Positions 50,482-62,957 of a stretch of 64,000 bases of DNA are shown here, piece by piece (positions within the stretch are counted from its first letter, which is position 1; every line of letters starts with the position of its first letter). This DNA comes from Macrostomum lignano (lineage: Eukaryota), in NCBI GenBank assembly GCA_002269645.1, contig NIVC01000168.1, positions 599,297 through 663,296 on the forward strand. The letters are read 5' to 3'. The position numbers and the translations under genes were made by a program. The notes below the pieces were generated by a model. The model made no database searches. It worked only from the letters and a program-made list of their open reading frames with translations, and was not told where the DNA came from.

Positions 50482-53400
50482 TGATGTAGAGACTATTGAT
50501 TGACTGAGATGTCTATGGTGTAAGCTTTTATGCTATCGTTCAGTGCGCGGCATCGCTTTTATTTCAATAAAATATACATATGCAACAAAATATAAAACAT
50601 GGCGTCCCATAGCAGCGATTAACTGCCAAACGCTTTCGTGACAGCTAGCTCGTACTTTGCGACCATGATGTCGCCAACTAAAGCCCCACAGTAGTCACCA
50701 ACCAAGGCACCACCATCGGAACCAACAAAAGCTCCTCCACCGGAGAGGCTAACGAGCCAAGATGAGTCAGCGCGGAGAATTTCACTCCCGGGTCTACAGA
50801 TCCCTCGCTTAGACCTATCCACAGACACGCTGGATGAGTTCGACGCATGGCGTGCAACATTTGAGGCCTACTTCGAGGCTATTAGAACAGCTGATCTCCG
50901 CCATAATGGCGTTGTACTGTGCTACGAGAGCAGCTGTGAAGACGCCGGACGGCCTGTCGGACTCCTTCGAGACATCCTCCGGGGTGCACCAGGGGGACAC
51001 TCTAGCGCCGTTCCTGTTCGTCCTGGTGCTTGACTGGGCGCTATGAACTGCTCTTCCTACCGACGAAGACGGCTTCCTACTGCGGCGACGCGTGGGTCGA
51101 CGTCAACCGGAGAAACGGCTCAGCATGCTTGGCTACGCCGATGACCTCGCCCTGCTGTCCTCGACCGTAGAGGGTGCCCAGCGTCAGCTGGACAAGCTGG
51201 TTAGCGCTGCAGCGAGCGTCGGCCTGGTGGTCAACATGAAGAAGACCGTTGTGCTCTGCGTGCCGGCGACATCGAGGCCGCAATTTTCTGCCAAGGCGCT
51301 GGCGGGCAGGTAACGGAGCTTCCGCGCTGTCAGCAGTTCGTCTACCTCAGCGGTCTGGTACCTGACGTCCGCGAAGATCTGCGGCGTCGCTGCGGGCTTG
51401 CCTGGGCTGCCTTTCACTCTGTGAGGGCGGTCCTGCAGTCCGAGGACCTACCTGACCGCCAGAGGGCGGCGCTGTTCCAGGCGGTGGTCGAGACCGTTCT
51501 GTTGTACAACGCCTAGACCTGGACGCTGACGGATTCGATCGAACAGCAAGTCAACGCGGCACACGCTGGCCTGCTGCGCGCCGCCTTTAAGATCAGCGAC
51601 GAGCGGCTCACTAACGCGGCACTCTATCGCCGCGCCGGCTTGGCCCATCCAAGTGAACTGCTGCGACTTCGGCGACTCCAGCTGGCAGGCCACATCATCC
51701 GCGCCGAGTCCTACTGCCCGCAGCCGGTGCAGGAGGTGCTGCTGCTAACGTTGCAGGCACCCTACCGGCGCGGCCAGGCCCGAACTCGGCGTTTCGTCGA
51801 CTGCCTGCTGGCCGACGCTGGTGCCCCGGACTCTGCCGGCGGTGCGGCCTTTGTTCGCGCCCAGGCTCTGAAGCGTGCCCTGTGACGCTGCTTTTCTCCA
51901 CCTGACAGCGTACTTTGTTGTTGTTGTTGTTGTTTTTGTTGTTGTTCGAGGCTATGGACATTAACAACCTCGCAAGTGACAGCCGGGCTATTGCAGGTCA
52001 GAAAAAAGCCAGTCGCAGAGCTTGCATGCTCAACGCATTCTCAGCAGCCACGTTCTGCAAATACCAGAACCTTGCCCTGTCCGAAAAAGAGCTGAAAGAC
52101 CCCGAAAAAGTCATCAAAGCGCTTCGAGAGCATTTGACGGGCCAAGTCAATATAATAGTAGAAAGAAACAGCTTCTGGAGACGACAGCAAAAGGACGGAG
52201 AAACATTCAACGAATATGTTCTTGAGCTACGAAATTTAATGAGAACATGCCAATTCTGTGAACACTCAGACGACCTTCTGAGAGATAAAATTGTACTCGG
52301 AGTTAACAACTCAGAAACAGTGAAAAAGCTACTGGCTGAGCCGACCCTCACTCTCGCAGGAGCTCTACAAGTATGCAAAGCCGAGGAGGCGAGGATATTG
52401 GATCCTAAGCTTGAAATGGTACGCAAAGCCACAGCTACAGATCCGCACATGCAAGACTTGATCAGTGTGATAATGGCCGGATTTCCTCAAAATAAACAGG
52501 ATTTACTCGAGCACCTAAGACCATACTGGCAAGTACGTGAAAAGCTTTCAGTGGAAAATGGTGTTATACTATATGGATGCAGATGCGTGATACCGAAATC
52601 ACTGCGCCGAGAAATGCTCTCACTGCTGCACTCCAGTCATCAAGGTACCGCCAAGACAAAGCAAAGAGCTCGCATGATCCTTTTCTGGCCGAATATGAAT
52701 AAAGAAATCGAGGACACCGTCAACAATTGTTAATCATGTCAGAAAGTTTTGCCATCACAGATGCGAGAACCAATTAAGATTAGAGATCTGCCAACGTGAT
52801 GTTTTAAAGAAGTCCATGGAGATATTTCTGCGAGTATGGTGGAAAAAAGTATCCCGTGGTCGTGGATGGTTACTCAGGCTGGCTTAGTGTCTGTAACTTC
52901 AACAACCATGCACCAACGCACAAATTGATAAACGCTGGCAGGGAACTGTTTAGCCAAACATCGGTACCCGAAAAATTTTGGTGTGACTCAGGACCACAAT
53001 TCAAAACCGAAGCATTCCTAAACTTTCTAAAACGATGGGGAGTTGAGGCCTGTTTCTCCTCTCCGCACTATCATCAGAGTAACGGCAAGGCGGAAGCAGC
53101 AGTAAAAACAGCCAAGAAGATCATACGTGGATCCTGGGACACAAGAACTGGTGACATAGACAAGGACGAGTTGGTCGAGGGGATATTGCAATATCGGAAC
53201 ACGCCTATGTACGACGGGCGAGTCCCCGACATTCTAGTCTTTGGTCATCCAGCACGGGACTCGCTGCCTGCTCACCGCAGATATTTTACTCCCGAATGGC
53301 ACAAGACTGCAGCCGAGCTGGAAGCCAAAGCAGCGGAAGTGCATGAACAAGTTGTTAACAGCTACCGAAGTCATCGTGCAGAACCCGGCGAATAAGCGTT

Positions 53401-53818
53401 GGGAACTGAAGGGAAGAGTAGTGGAGATCGGAAAGAACAGAGACTACATGATTAAGATGGCCAGCGGTCGGATTCTGCGGCGTTACCGTATATTTTTAAG
53501 AGTCCCGCTCCCACTGATGAGTGAGGATTTTCGATGCACGACTCAGACCAAGACGCAACTACTACCCTAGAAGAACTACGTTGAACAACGACCGATTTTA
53601 GTCGACCCTTTCAGACGGAGCACAAGGCCGACCAAAGGAGTTCCCCCACTACGGTTGGAGTACCAGAAAATTGGAGAGCCGAAGACTGTTCGGTTTCGCA
53701 AGAGCTAAAGGGGGGAGGTGATGTAGAGACTATTGATTGACTGAGCTGTCTAGTGTAAGCTTTTATGCTATCATTCAGTGCGCGGCATCGCTTTATTTCA
53801 ATAAAATATACATACACA
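50482..53818 (+). mobile_element. Ty3/Gypsy (Mag-like) LTR retrotransposon, internally deleted (no PR/RT/RH) and pseudogenised
   Basis: LTRs 50482-50599 and 53719-53818 (TG...CA); PBS TGGCGTCCC at 50600-50608 (complementary to a tRNA-Asn-type 3' end); PPT AAAGGGGGGAGG; gag FDAWRATFEAYFEA...LLRDKIVLGV; integrase LHSSHQG...C*SC, VVDGYSGW, CDSGPQF, SNGKAEAAVK. Confidence 0.92.
50883..51944 (+). mobile_element. 5'-truncated RTE-clade LINE (family A) with RT remnant, inserted in Gypsy gag
   Basis: GVHQGDTLAPFLF and GYADDLALL RT motifs; C-terminus matches the 17399 copy; (TGT)n tail; 11-bp TSD TTCGAGGCTAT (50872-50882, 51945-51955); contains stops and frameshifts. Confidence 0.93.
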
Positions 53819-54181
53819 ATCGAGCGCCTCTTAAGCGCATCTAAAGTCAACTCGGCTTTCGCTAACAGTAATCAATAAAAAATTTTCTTCCGATTAGGGC
53901 GCCAAAATATAGCGCCTTCGGTGCCAAAATGAGTGCCTGCGGCGCTAAAATGACTGCTAGCTGCGGCGCTAAAACGAGTGCTTGTGGCGCTAAAATGAGT
54001 GCTTGTGACGCTAAAATGAGTGCTTGCGGCGCTAGAATGAGCGCTGACAACACGATTCTCCAATAATGGAAATGTAGGAATTTAGTCACATCCATGTACA
54101 TGCATGTTAAATTCTTGGTTTTGTCCCTCCACCATACAATCCATGACGACGCCCCTGTACATATCACATGCACAACGTACC

Positions 54182-54523
54182 CAGGAGCATCGCCATGGAT
54201 TTTATGGTGGGGAGGGCAAAGCCAAGAATTCTACATATTACATTACTAAATTCCTAAATGTACATTTTTGAGAGTCGGTGTTGAAGCGCGATCATTTTAG
54301 GCGCCGCAGACACCTCATTCCGACACCGCAGGCACTCATTTTGGCTCCTCAGGCCAAAAAACTAGTTATAAGTGCTCCTCATTTTGGAACCCTGAAGCAA
54401 AATATTTCCGTAACAGCATCACTTTGGGAGGGGTGGAGGGGGGCAAAGCATGCATGGCATCCCGGCCCAGCTTTTATGAGAGGGGACATGCCCCTGCCCC
54501 CCCCCCTGGTGGCGACGCCTCAG
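54182..54523. mobile_element. Second, related hAT-like MITE directly adjacent to the first
   Basis: Ends CAGGAGCATCGCCA / TGGCGACGCCTCAG; degenerate 8-bp flanks AACGTACC/CACGTAGC; carries the CACTCATTTT motif inverted relative to the first element. Confidence 0.6.
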
Positions 54524-55657
54524 CACGTAGCAACTCCTGATCGAATTAAAAGGACTGCTTTAAAGCCGTCTTTGATTTTGCTTTTTACTGAACTTGGTTC
54601 ATCGATCTAGCTATTCGCCAATAATGGGGTATACGACTGCACCCTTTCTGCTAGTGAAAAACTTTAGTGCTAGTATATTTTTTATTAGAATAATAACGTA
54701 AAAAATTAATATCCATATATATCCTTTACGTAATTTTCGACTGTCTTAGTTTAAAAAAATATTTGTTTGTCACGGTGTTCATAATTCAAATTTTTCATAA
54801 TTCAACCTCGGAAGCATGCGACGCACGCACGTGCGTTGTACATCACCCTTGGTCTACTACCTACCTAGCGCTAGCCGCTAGCATAGCGCACACTCGCATA
54901 AATTAGCACCTGAGCAAGCCTGGAAGTAAGACTTGCGGCTTGTGTAGCGATTGGATATCTGTAATTTTGGTTAACTGCATTATTCTTGAAGCTTTTCGCT
55001 TGCACTTGCAGCAAAAAATCTAAACACAACCAGTTTTTTTGGGAAGCAGTTAGAAGTTTGCGACTAAATTAGAGGCCTTTATTTTCAGTTTTGCCTTTTC
55101 ACTGAATAGTCAAAATAAAGCATAAGGCTAGGACTAATTTTGATAAGTCTAATTGGAATTTAATTTATAACTATATCTTCAGTTTGTAACAACCAATTTA
55201 TATTGATTGCAGAATCCCAACCTGGAAACCATGTTTCCAAATTTTCAAGCCTGCTGCCTGGTATTACTAATATTAGGCCTAGTGGAAATTATGCCTGGGC
55301 CCTATATGTAGTAGGGCCTAGTTAATAATAAATGTAGTCTGGATAAGTCTGGTATGTGCAAATTTTGATTTGATAAAGAGTAAAATCAAAGATAGTAAAA
55401 TAATTAGGCCTTTTGATTAAGCTAGGGCCTGTAGGGGCCTACTCACCCTACTGTTTGATTATTTCATGATAATGATTAGGCCTAAAACATGTTAGGGTCC
55501 AAGCCAATGCCAATGGCCATGCAATTAACAATGGATTCTAATTTTAATCTAAATCAAATATAACAGGCCTAAAATAAAGCAAGATTTTTTTACTACTGAA
55601 TAATTCAAATAAGCCTAGGTAATTTGATATTTGTAATTTGTAATAGCCTATGAATTA

Positions 55658-56892
55658 TAGGGTGTGGCATAAAAATCTGACCCTCCAGAAAAGAAATTTA
55701 TTGACATAATTTATTATCAGTTATATTGCACTTATAATGATAAAAGTGGATTCATAGTAAAGCTTTGAGTGTCTGTTTATTTATTCTTGATGTAGCCTCC
55801 CCCAGCTTCAAGCATAGCCTCAACATGACATCAGAAAGTATGGCAAATCTGTCAAATGAAATCTTTATCCAAAATGTCTTAGCTTAGCCAAATAGAGTAC
55901 TTCAGAGCTGCGACACATAGATGGCTGACAGCTTGCACCTCCTGCATACGCACCCAGATCCCAAAGTCCAGCAGGTTCAGATCTGGCAAGGAAGGTGTGC
56001 TTTGCTGAATGTGCTGGAGCACCTTCCTGCTGAAGATGTACCTTGTACCTACCATCAGGGTACTGTTGCTTGATCTAGGGGATGACCAAAATGTCCAAGA
56101 GTCTAATATACAAGTCTGCATTAACTTTCTCGCCTTCTACAAAGACAATGAGGAACTTCTTTACATCTAATGCTAGCACCCCGAGCACTATGACCTTGGC
56201 TAGATGCTTGGTGGCCAGGCTGAAGTGAACTTCTAGCACCACCTGCTTCTTTAGATGTGATAAGTACCTGCTATTATGGCAATTGAGCTATGGATCCACC
56301 ATGAATAGCTTCTTATCCAAGAAAATGTGCACCATGCCAGCATTTTTGGTATCCTTCAAGAAGGCAAGCAGCATCTTGCACTTGTCCAGCCTTTTCTGTT
56401 GAGTTGCTGGTGTCAGTCAGGGCCGAATCTCAACAGTACAGCTGGCCATGCCAAGGTCATTCTGAATGAGCTATGCTTAGATATCTCTATCTTGTCAGCC
56501 ATCTTCTGCATGGATTGCTGGAGATTCTCGGACACTGTCTATTGGATAGCCTTACTGTTTCCTTAGTTATCTGCAAACAAGGTTCACCATTTCCCTCTTG
56601 TCTCTCAAGACTTAGTCCACCACAGGCGGCACCTAGTGTCCTTCATCATGGTCTTGGACACTCCCAGAGCTGCCACAATTTTAGATATAGAGCGGCCCAT
56701 ATGGACCTGCTCCGACACAAGCTCACATTTGAGTCTCTCCATTGAAGTTGGCAATAGTTGTGAACTTTAGCTGATAGCAAGGGCTCTTTCACATCTTTAT
56801 GCCATCAAGAATTAAATATTGCGCACATTGGTTGCATAATCAACAACTAATGGAACATTTTCATAGGGGTCAGATTTTTATGCTACACCCTG
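55658..56892 (-). mobile_element. Decayed Tc1/mariner-superfamily (maT/DD37D-like) transposon, about 1.24 kb
   Basis: TIRs (T/C)AGGGTGTRGCATAAAAATCTGACCC; TA on both flanks; transposase remnants GRSISKIVAALGVSKT (HTH) and PSLPDLNLLDFGIW; many stops. Confidence 0.85.
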
Positions 56893-58172
56893 TAGGGGCT
56901 TAACAATTTGATATTATTGTTAGGGACCTATATTGTTAATAGGGCCTATTTATATTTAGTCCCTATATATTATATTCTATGCAAACAACCAAGGTAACCA
57001 AACCAAGGTAATAGTACTTAGTAGGCCTATTATAAATATAATTTATAAGGCTGGACCCTAATGATGAACTCAGTGTAATTATAGTTGCACAATAGATTAG
57101 TATAACTGAAGATAAGCACTATTTTAAAGAAAAGGTCCAATTAGGCCCTAGCTATATCTAATAAAGCATAGGCCCTAGACCTTCTAAATAATAGTCCAAC
57201 CAACAAAAAGAATCTCTTTTTGTCATTTTAATAAGGCCTTTATATTTACATAGGCTAGGATAGAATTATATTAGAATAAGCCTAGTTATTTTAGCTAGGC
57301 ATAGGCCTAATAGTAATGAAACTTTGATGTATAATTAAAAGTCAACTTAAGTTAATATTTGCTATTATAGATTCAAACTTAGCTTAACTAATAAATTCTA
57401 TATTATTTTTTAGCTAAATAAATGTACTAATTTCCTAGTACAAATTTTTAAATTTTGAGTTTATAAGGATATGGATATATTTCAGCATAGTAGATTTAAC
57501 TCAATTGGAACAATAATATTTACCTATAATATTGTTACTTTTATGCTTTTATGTAATTAGTTATACTACTTATATTGAGCTAAATGTTCTATTTTTATTT
57601 TGCTATAGGCTAAAATGCAATAATAATTTCTACAGATCAACTTTATTGCAATGATATAAAGTGCAACATAAATTGCACTTCCTATTTTGAGACATTCTCC
57701 TCCAGAATTGCAAATTCTACTTTGAAAGTAGCATTCACTACTCAAGTAGAAAATAAATTTTGCCATAGCTAAAGATGTAGCTCAAAGTAAATAAAGTTTT
57801 TATGAAAGTCTTATATAAGGCTCTTCTTTGAAATAGGACAGTGTCATTTACAACTGACTATATTTCCTAAGTGGATAGCCTCTGGGCTGCATTCATATGA
57901 AACTGAGTTAATGCACATCTTATCGCATCGCATCGCAGATTGGCAGAACTAGTGACCCATACCTCTCTGCTGTGTATGATGTTATAGAGCCTCAAGATTA
58001 TCCTAAGGCTCTGCCTTAGTGTATGAGTATGAGTTATAATAATTTGAGCACCATTCTCAGAGAAGTGGCCAGCAGTCTTGTTACTCGTTTGGGTATGGTA
58101 TTGTAAGCTTTTCTACTTTAGTAGATAGATTTCTTATGTTTTCTGCATGCAAACTCGCCAATTTATTAATCA

Positions 58173-59967
58173 ATGTCGCAGCAGCAGGACGTCAAGAAGG
58201 ACCTGTGCCAGCAGCTCATGACGCTGTACGAGATGCGCCTCCGCACCTTCGTCAAGTGGCCGTTCTCAGCGCCCAGCCGCTGCACCGCCGAGCGGATGGC
58301 TCGGGCCGGCTTTTACCGGATAGCTACGCCGGAGTGTCCGGATGCCGTGCGCTGTTTCTATTGCGAGAAGGTTGGCCGAATCTTCAACGTTAAACTGCCC
58401 GCTGCGCCTGCTGCCGGGTTCTGGGGGGGGGGGAAGGTCATTCTTACCGTCTTTATTATTGGTCTATTCTTCATTTTGTTCTTCATTTTCAACCTAGTCA
58501 GTTAGCTTGATTATCTCTCAGATTCTCAGTTGCTGGGCCAGCCTCCCAGATCCTCAGTTGCTGGGCCACCAGCCTCCCAGATCCTCAGTTGGTGGGCCAC
58601 CAGCCTCCCAGATCCTCAATTGCTGGGCCAGCCTCCCAGATCCTCAGTTGCTGGGCCAGCCTCCCAGATCTTCAGTTGCTGGGCCAACCTCCCAGAGTGT
58701 CAGTTGCTGGGCCAGCCTCCCAGATCTTCAGTTGCTGGGCCAACATCCCAGAGTGTCAGTTGCTGGGCCAGCCTCCCAAGTGCCAGTTGCTGGGCCAGCC
58801 TCCCAAGTGTCAGTTGCTTGGCCAGCCTCCCAGATCTTCAGTCGCTGGGCCAGCCTCCCAAGTGCCAGTTGCTGGGCCAGCCTCCCAAGTGTCAGTTGCT
58901 TGGCCAGCCTCCCAGATCTTCAGTCGCTGGGCCAGCCTCCCAAGTGCCAGTTGCTGGGCCAGCCTCCCAAGTGTCAGTTGCTGGGCCAGCCTCCCAGATC
59001 CTCAGTTGCTGGGCCAGCCTCCCAGATCCTCAGTTGCTGGGCCAGCCTCCCAGATCCTCAGTTGCTGGGCCAGCCTCCCAGATCTTCAGTTGCTGGGCTA
59101 ACCTCCCAGAGTGTCAGTTGCTGGGCCAGCCTCCCAGATCTTCAGTTGCTGGGCCAACCTCCCAGAGTGTCAGTTGCTGGGCCAGCCTCCCAAGTGCCAG
59201 TTGCTGGGCCAGCCTCCCAGATTGTCAGTTGCTGGGCCAGCCTCCCAAGTGTCAGTTGCTTGGCCAGCCTCCCAGATCTTCAGTCGCTGGGCCAGCCTCC
59301 CAAGTGCCAGTTGCTGGGCCAACCTCCCAGAGTGTCAGTTGCTGGGCCAGCCTCCCAAGTGTCAGTTGCTTGGCCAGCCTCCCAGATCTTCAGTCGCTGG
59401 GCCAGCCTCCCAAGTGCCAGTTGCTGGGCCAGCCTCCCAAGTGTCAGTTGCTTGGCCAGCCTCCCAGATCTTCAGTCGCTGGGCCAGCCTCCCAAGTGCC
59501 AGTTGCTGGGCCAGCCTCCCAAGTGTCAGTTGCTTGGCCAGCCTCCCAGATCTTCAGTTGCTGGGCCAGCCTCCCAAGTGCCAGTTGCTGGGCCAGCCTC
59601 CCAAGTGTCAGTTGCTTGGCCAGCCTCCCAGATCTTCAGTCGCTGGGCCAGCCTCCCAGATCCTCAGTTGCTGTTCCGTCGTCACCTATCCAAGGTTTCT
59701 CAACGACTCCCGCAGGAACTGGACGGCTGGGACGTCAACGACGACCCCGTGGGGGAGATGCGGCGTCACGCGCCCCACTGCCGCTACCAGGATCTGCCGA
59801 AGGCCTACGATGACATGTCCGTGGAGGAGGTGCTGAGCAGCGAGGCGGAGCGGCACATCCAGGCCTTGGAGCGGAGCCACGCGGCCTGGCAGGCCAGGGT
59901 CGACTCGGCCTCGCAGGAGCTGCTGCGGGAAATCGACCGCCAGATTGAACGGATTCAGGGGAAGTGA
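58173..59967 (+). CDS. BIRC5: Survivin-like single-BIR protein with C-terminal coiled coil, 149 aa, 2 exons
   Basis: Exons 58173-58370 and 59716-59967 (phase 0). RLRTFVKWPF...CTAERMARAGFY...CFYCEK|ELDGWDVNDDP...C, followed by a long amphipathic helix. Confidence 0.9.
58520..59675. repeat. 27/28-bp minisatellite (CAGTTGCTGGGCCAGCCTCCCAGATCCT and CAAGTGT variants) filling the survivin intron
   Basis: Direct periodicity. Confidence 0.96.
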
Positions 59968-60197
59968 GGCGTTGGCTGGCTAATTGCCATCTGCACGATT
60001 TCTGCATTAAAACCTTTGTGACTGATTGGAGAATTGAAAACATTTCAGCTTCAGTTTAATTTCCCGATTTGGCACCGCCCGTGTCGTGTCCTGGAACTGA
60101 ATTTCGATTTCATAATCCGACTGCAATTTCCGGAATCTAAGTGCAATTTTCAAGATCTTGGGTGCCAGTTCCATTATCGGAATGCCAGTACTAGATT

Positions 60198-60945
60198 CTG
60201 AATGCCATTTCCAAGAAATGGGTTGCCAGTACCAGATTCTGAATGCCATTTCCAAGAAATGGGTTGCCAGTACCAGATTCTGAATGCCATTTCCAAGAAA
60301 TGGGTTGCCAGTACCAGATTCTGAATGCCATTTCCAAGAAATGGGTTGCCAGTACCAGATTCTGAATGCCATTTCCAAGAAATGGGTTGCCAGTACCAGA
60401 TTCTGAATGCCACTTCCAAGAAATGGGTTTCCAGTACCAGATTCTGAATGCCATTTCCAAGAAATGGGTTGCCAGTACCAGATTCTGAATGCCATTTCCA
60501 AGAAATGGGTTGCCAGTACCAGATTCTGAATGCCACTTCCAAGAAATGGGTTGCCAGTACCAGATTCTGAATGCCATTTCCAAGAAATGGGTTGCCAGTA
60601 CCAGATTCTGAATGTCACTTCCAAGAAATGGGTTGCCAGTACCAGATTCTGAATGCCATTTTCAAGAAATGGGTTGCCAGTACCAGATTCTGAATGCCAT
60701 TTTCAAGAAATGGGTTGCCAGTACCAGATTCTGAATGCCATTTTCAAGAAATGGGTTGCCAGTACCAGATTCTGAATGCCATTTTCAAGAAATGGGTTGC
60801 CAGTACCAGATTCTGAATGCCACTTCCAAGAAATGGGTTGCCAGTACCAGATTCTGAATGCCATTTTCAAGAAATGGGTTGCCAGTACCAGATTCTGAAT
60901 GCCACTTCCAAGAAATGGGTTGCCAGTACCAGATTCTGAATGCCA
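60198..60945. repeat. 41-bp minisatellite (GCCAGTACCAGATTCTGAATGCCATTTCCAAGAAATGGGTT)n, about 18 copies
   Basis: Direct periodicity; the 41-aa repeat in the translated ORFs equals 3 units. Confidence 0.97.
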
Positions 60946-62628
60946 TTTCTAACATGTGACCATAATTTTCAAGATATTGATGATGGCCTTTTCCAGGATC
61001 TTGAATGCCGTTATTTTTAATTTCGAATGAGAGTTCCAGGAACTGACTGGAAATATCCATAACGAGGATGCCAATTAAAGGTTAATATAACCTGTGTGAA
61101 AAAGTAACTACTTGCAATAGCTGTGAATTAAATAATAATTTTGGCAGCTGGTTGCACTCTGGCTGGCCTCTGATCCTAAATCACTTGCGTTTATAATCTA
61201 ATTGGTGCTGCAGTTCTTTACATGTAATTTTTTACTTCGTTTTTATTCCTGCTACAAATAGTAATATGGGACAGGTTGTATTTTTGCTGAATTTATTAAA
61301 CGCATTTTTTTTTTACGGGACAGTCTTTGGTTGTTATTCTGTAACATGTTTTTCTTTTTAATAATTACCAAGTTAACACAAATGAAACAAAAAAATCAAT
61401 TACACAAAGCAATCTGGCTCGAAAATTAACATCTTTCAGCTAATTAAAAATGTGTTGTTTCTCTCTTGCTACTATTTCAGTAGTGTAGTTAGCAGTCACA
61501 GTTGGAGTATGGTCACATTAATGTCCAAGGATGAATAATTAAAAATCCTTAAAAATTACTAATAATCTCGTTGAATTTTCCAAAGCTCCGTCTTGCTGTA
61601 AGCTGGCGTAGCAACACTGAAGCCGAATCCCCGGAACATTTCAGTGTCCGCAGGATTCTTGCGCACCTCCTGCATCGCTTAGAGAAGATCAGACAGTCAA
61701 AATCACACAGCGATGGGCAATTCACCATCCGTGCGGCACAGCAGCGTTGGAGGCGAAGGCCTTCGTCGGCTGAGCGCCTGCAGCAGCAACGGCGGCTGCG
61801 ATGATGTCGGTGGCGATCAGGCAGCGGCGCCGGCGACTGTCGCTGATCGGCACCGTCTGCAGCTGGCCGCCGCCGACCCGCGGTCGCCCACCGGCGGCAT
61901 CCGGCGCACGCCTGTTGCAGTGCCGCTTGGCGGGGCCTTGCGCTCCAGGTGGCGGGCGAAACTACTGGCTGATGGTGAGCTTGCCGGCTTGCTTGATGAC
62001 AGATTTGAGTGCGAACCTGGGGCATCCTGTTGAAAACGTTACCGTGATAAGAATCGCTAGAGTCGTTGCAATCAGCTCACCAGTGACTAGCGACTCTGGT
62101 GACTTTTTAACGACCTAAATGACTGCAATGCTGAAGTTTTTTGAGTTCCTGTCCATGGGAAATAGTCGATGTCTTGTGGATTCATCTTTGCTGCAGCATT
62201 GCAAGCTGGGTTTTTTTAAGCGTCAGAATCACAATGCCATCTGGAATCCTGGGTCCAAATTCAGCATGCCAAGTTGAAAACGGGGATGCCAGATGGGCAT
62301 CGGTCAAAGAAGTTCGAAATCAAATCAAATACCAACATCTCTACAATTTCCTTTACATCTCTAAGAAACAGAAACAGAAGTTTCACAAGTCTGCAGACTG
62401 CATGTTAGTGTTTACAGATTACTCAATTTTGATCAATTGATATAAAAGTCTTGAAATCTCAGGAGTTACATAATAATTGCTACTTTAAATGAAGTATAAG
62501 TTTTAGCTAAGTATGCGCTGAACTCGATTGAACTCGCCATCTAGCCTAAAAAACGTAGTGTCGTAGTGTGCCAAAATTAAGTCATGACACGCGCTATGAC
62601 AGCCCCAGTGAGTCGCTTTTAAGAGCTC

Positions 62629-62957
62629 GAATCTTCATAAGCTCGAATCTTCATAAGCTCGAATCTTAATAAGCTCGAATCTTAATAAGCTCGAATCCTC
62701 ATAAGCTCGAATCTTCATAAGCTCGAATCTTCATTAACTCGAATCTTCATAAGCTCGAATCTTCATAAGCTCGAATCTTAATAAGCTCGAATCTTAATAA
62801 GCTCGAATCCTCATAAGCTCGAATCTTCATAAGCTCGAATCTTCATTAACTCGAATCTTCATAAGCTCGAATCTTCATAAGCTCGAATCTTCATAAGCTC
62901 GAATCTTCATAAGCTAGAATCCTCATAAGCTCGAATCTTCATAAGCTCGAATCTTAA
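62629..62957. repeat. 16-bp minisatellite (AAGCTCGAATCTTCAT)n
   Basis: Direct periodicity. Confidence 0.96.

Larger units (their letters stand above)
50364..54157. mobile_element. hAT-like non-autonomous element hosting the LTR element
   Basis: Imperfect TIRs CAGGCGCGTCGCCA / TGACGACGCCCCTG; perfect 8-bp TSD TACATATC (50356-50363, 54158-54165); internal GGCGCTAAAATGAGTGC repeats at 53890-54045. Confidence 0.85.

Noticed and set aside
58507-59967. 486-aa ORF in frame with survivin exon 2
   Set aside because: The 27/28-bp unit has no stop codon in any plus-strand frame, so openness is trivial; a canonical intron (58371-59715) gives a normal survivin
61713-62033. GC-rich 106-aa ORF starting MGNSPS (possible myristoylation site)
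   Set aside because: No recognisable domain or splice partners, and open frames exist on both strands; cannot be called without expression data
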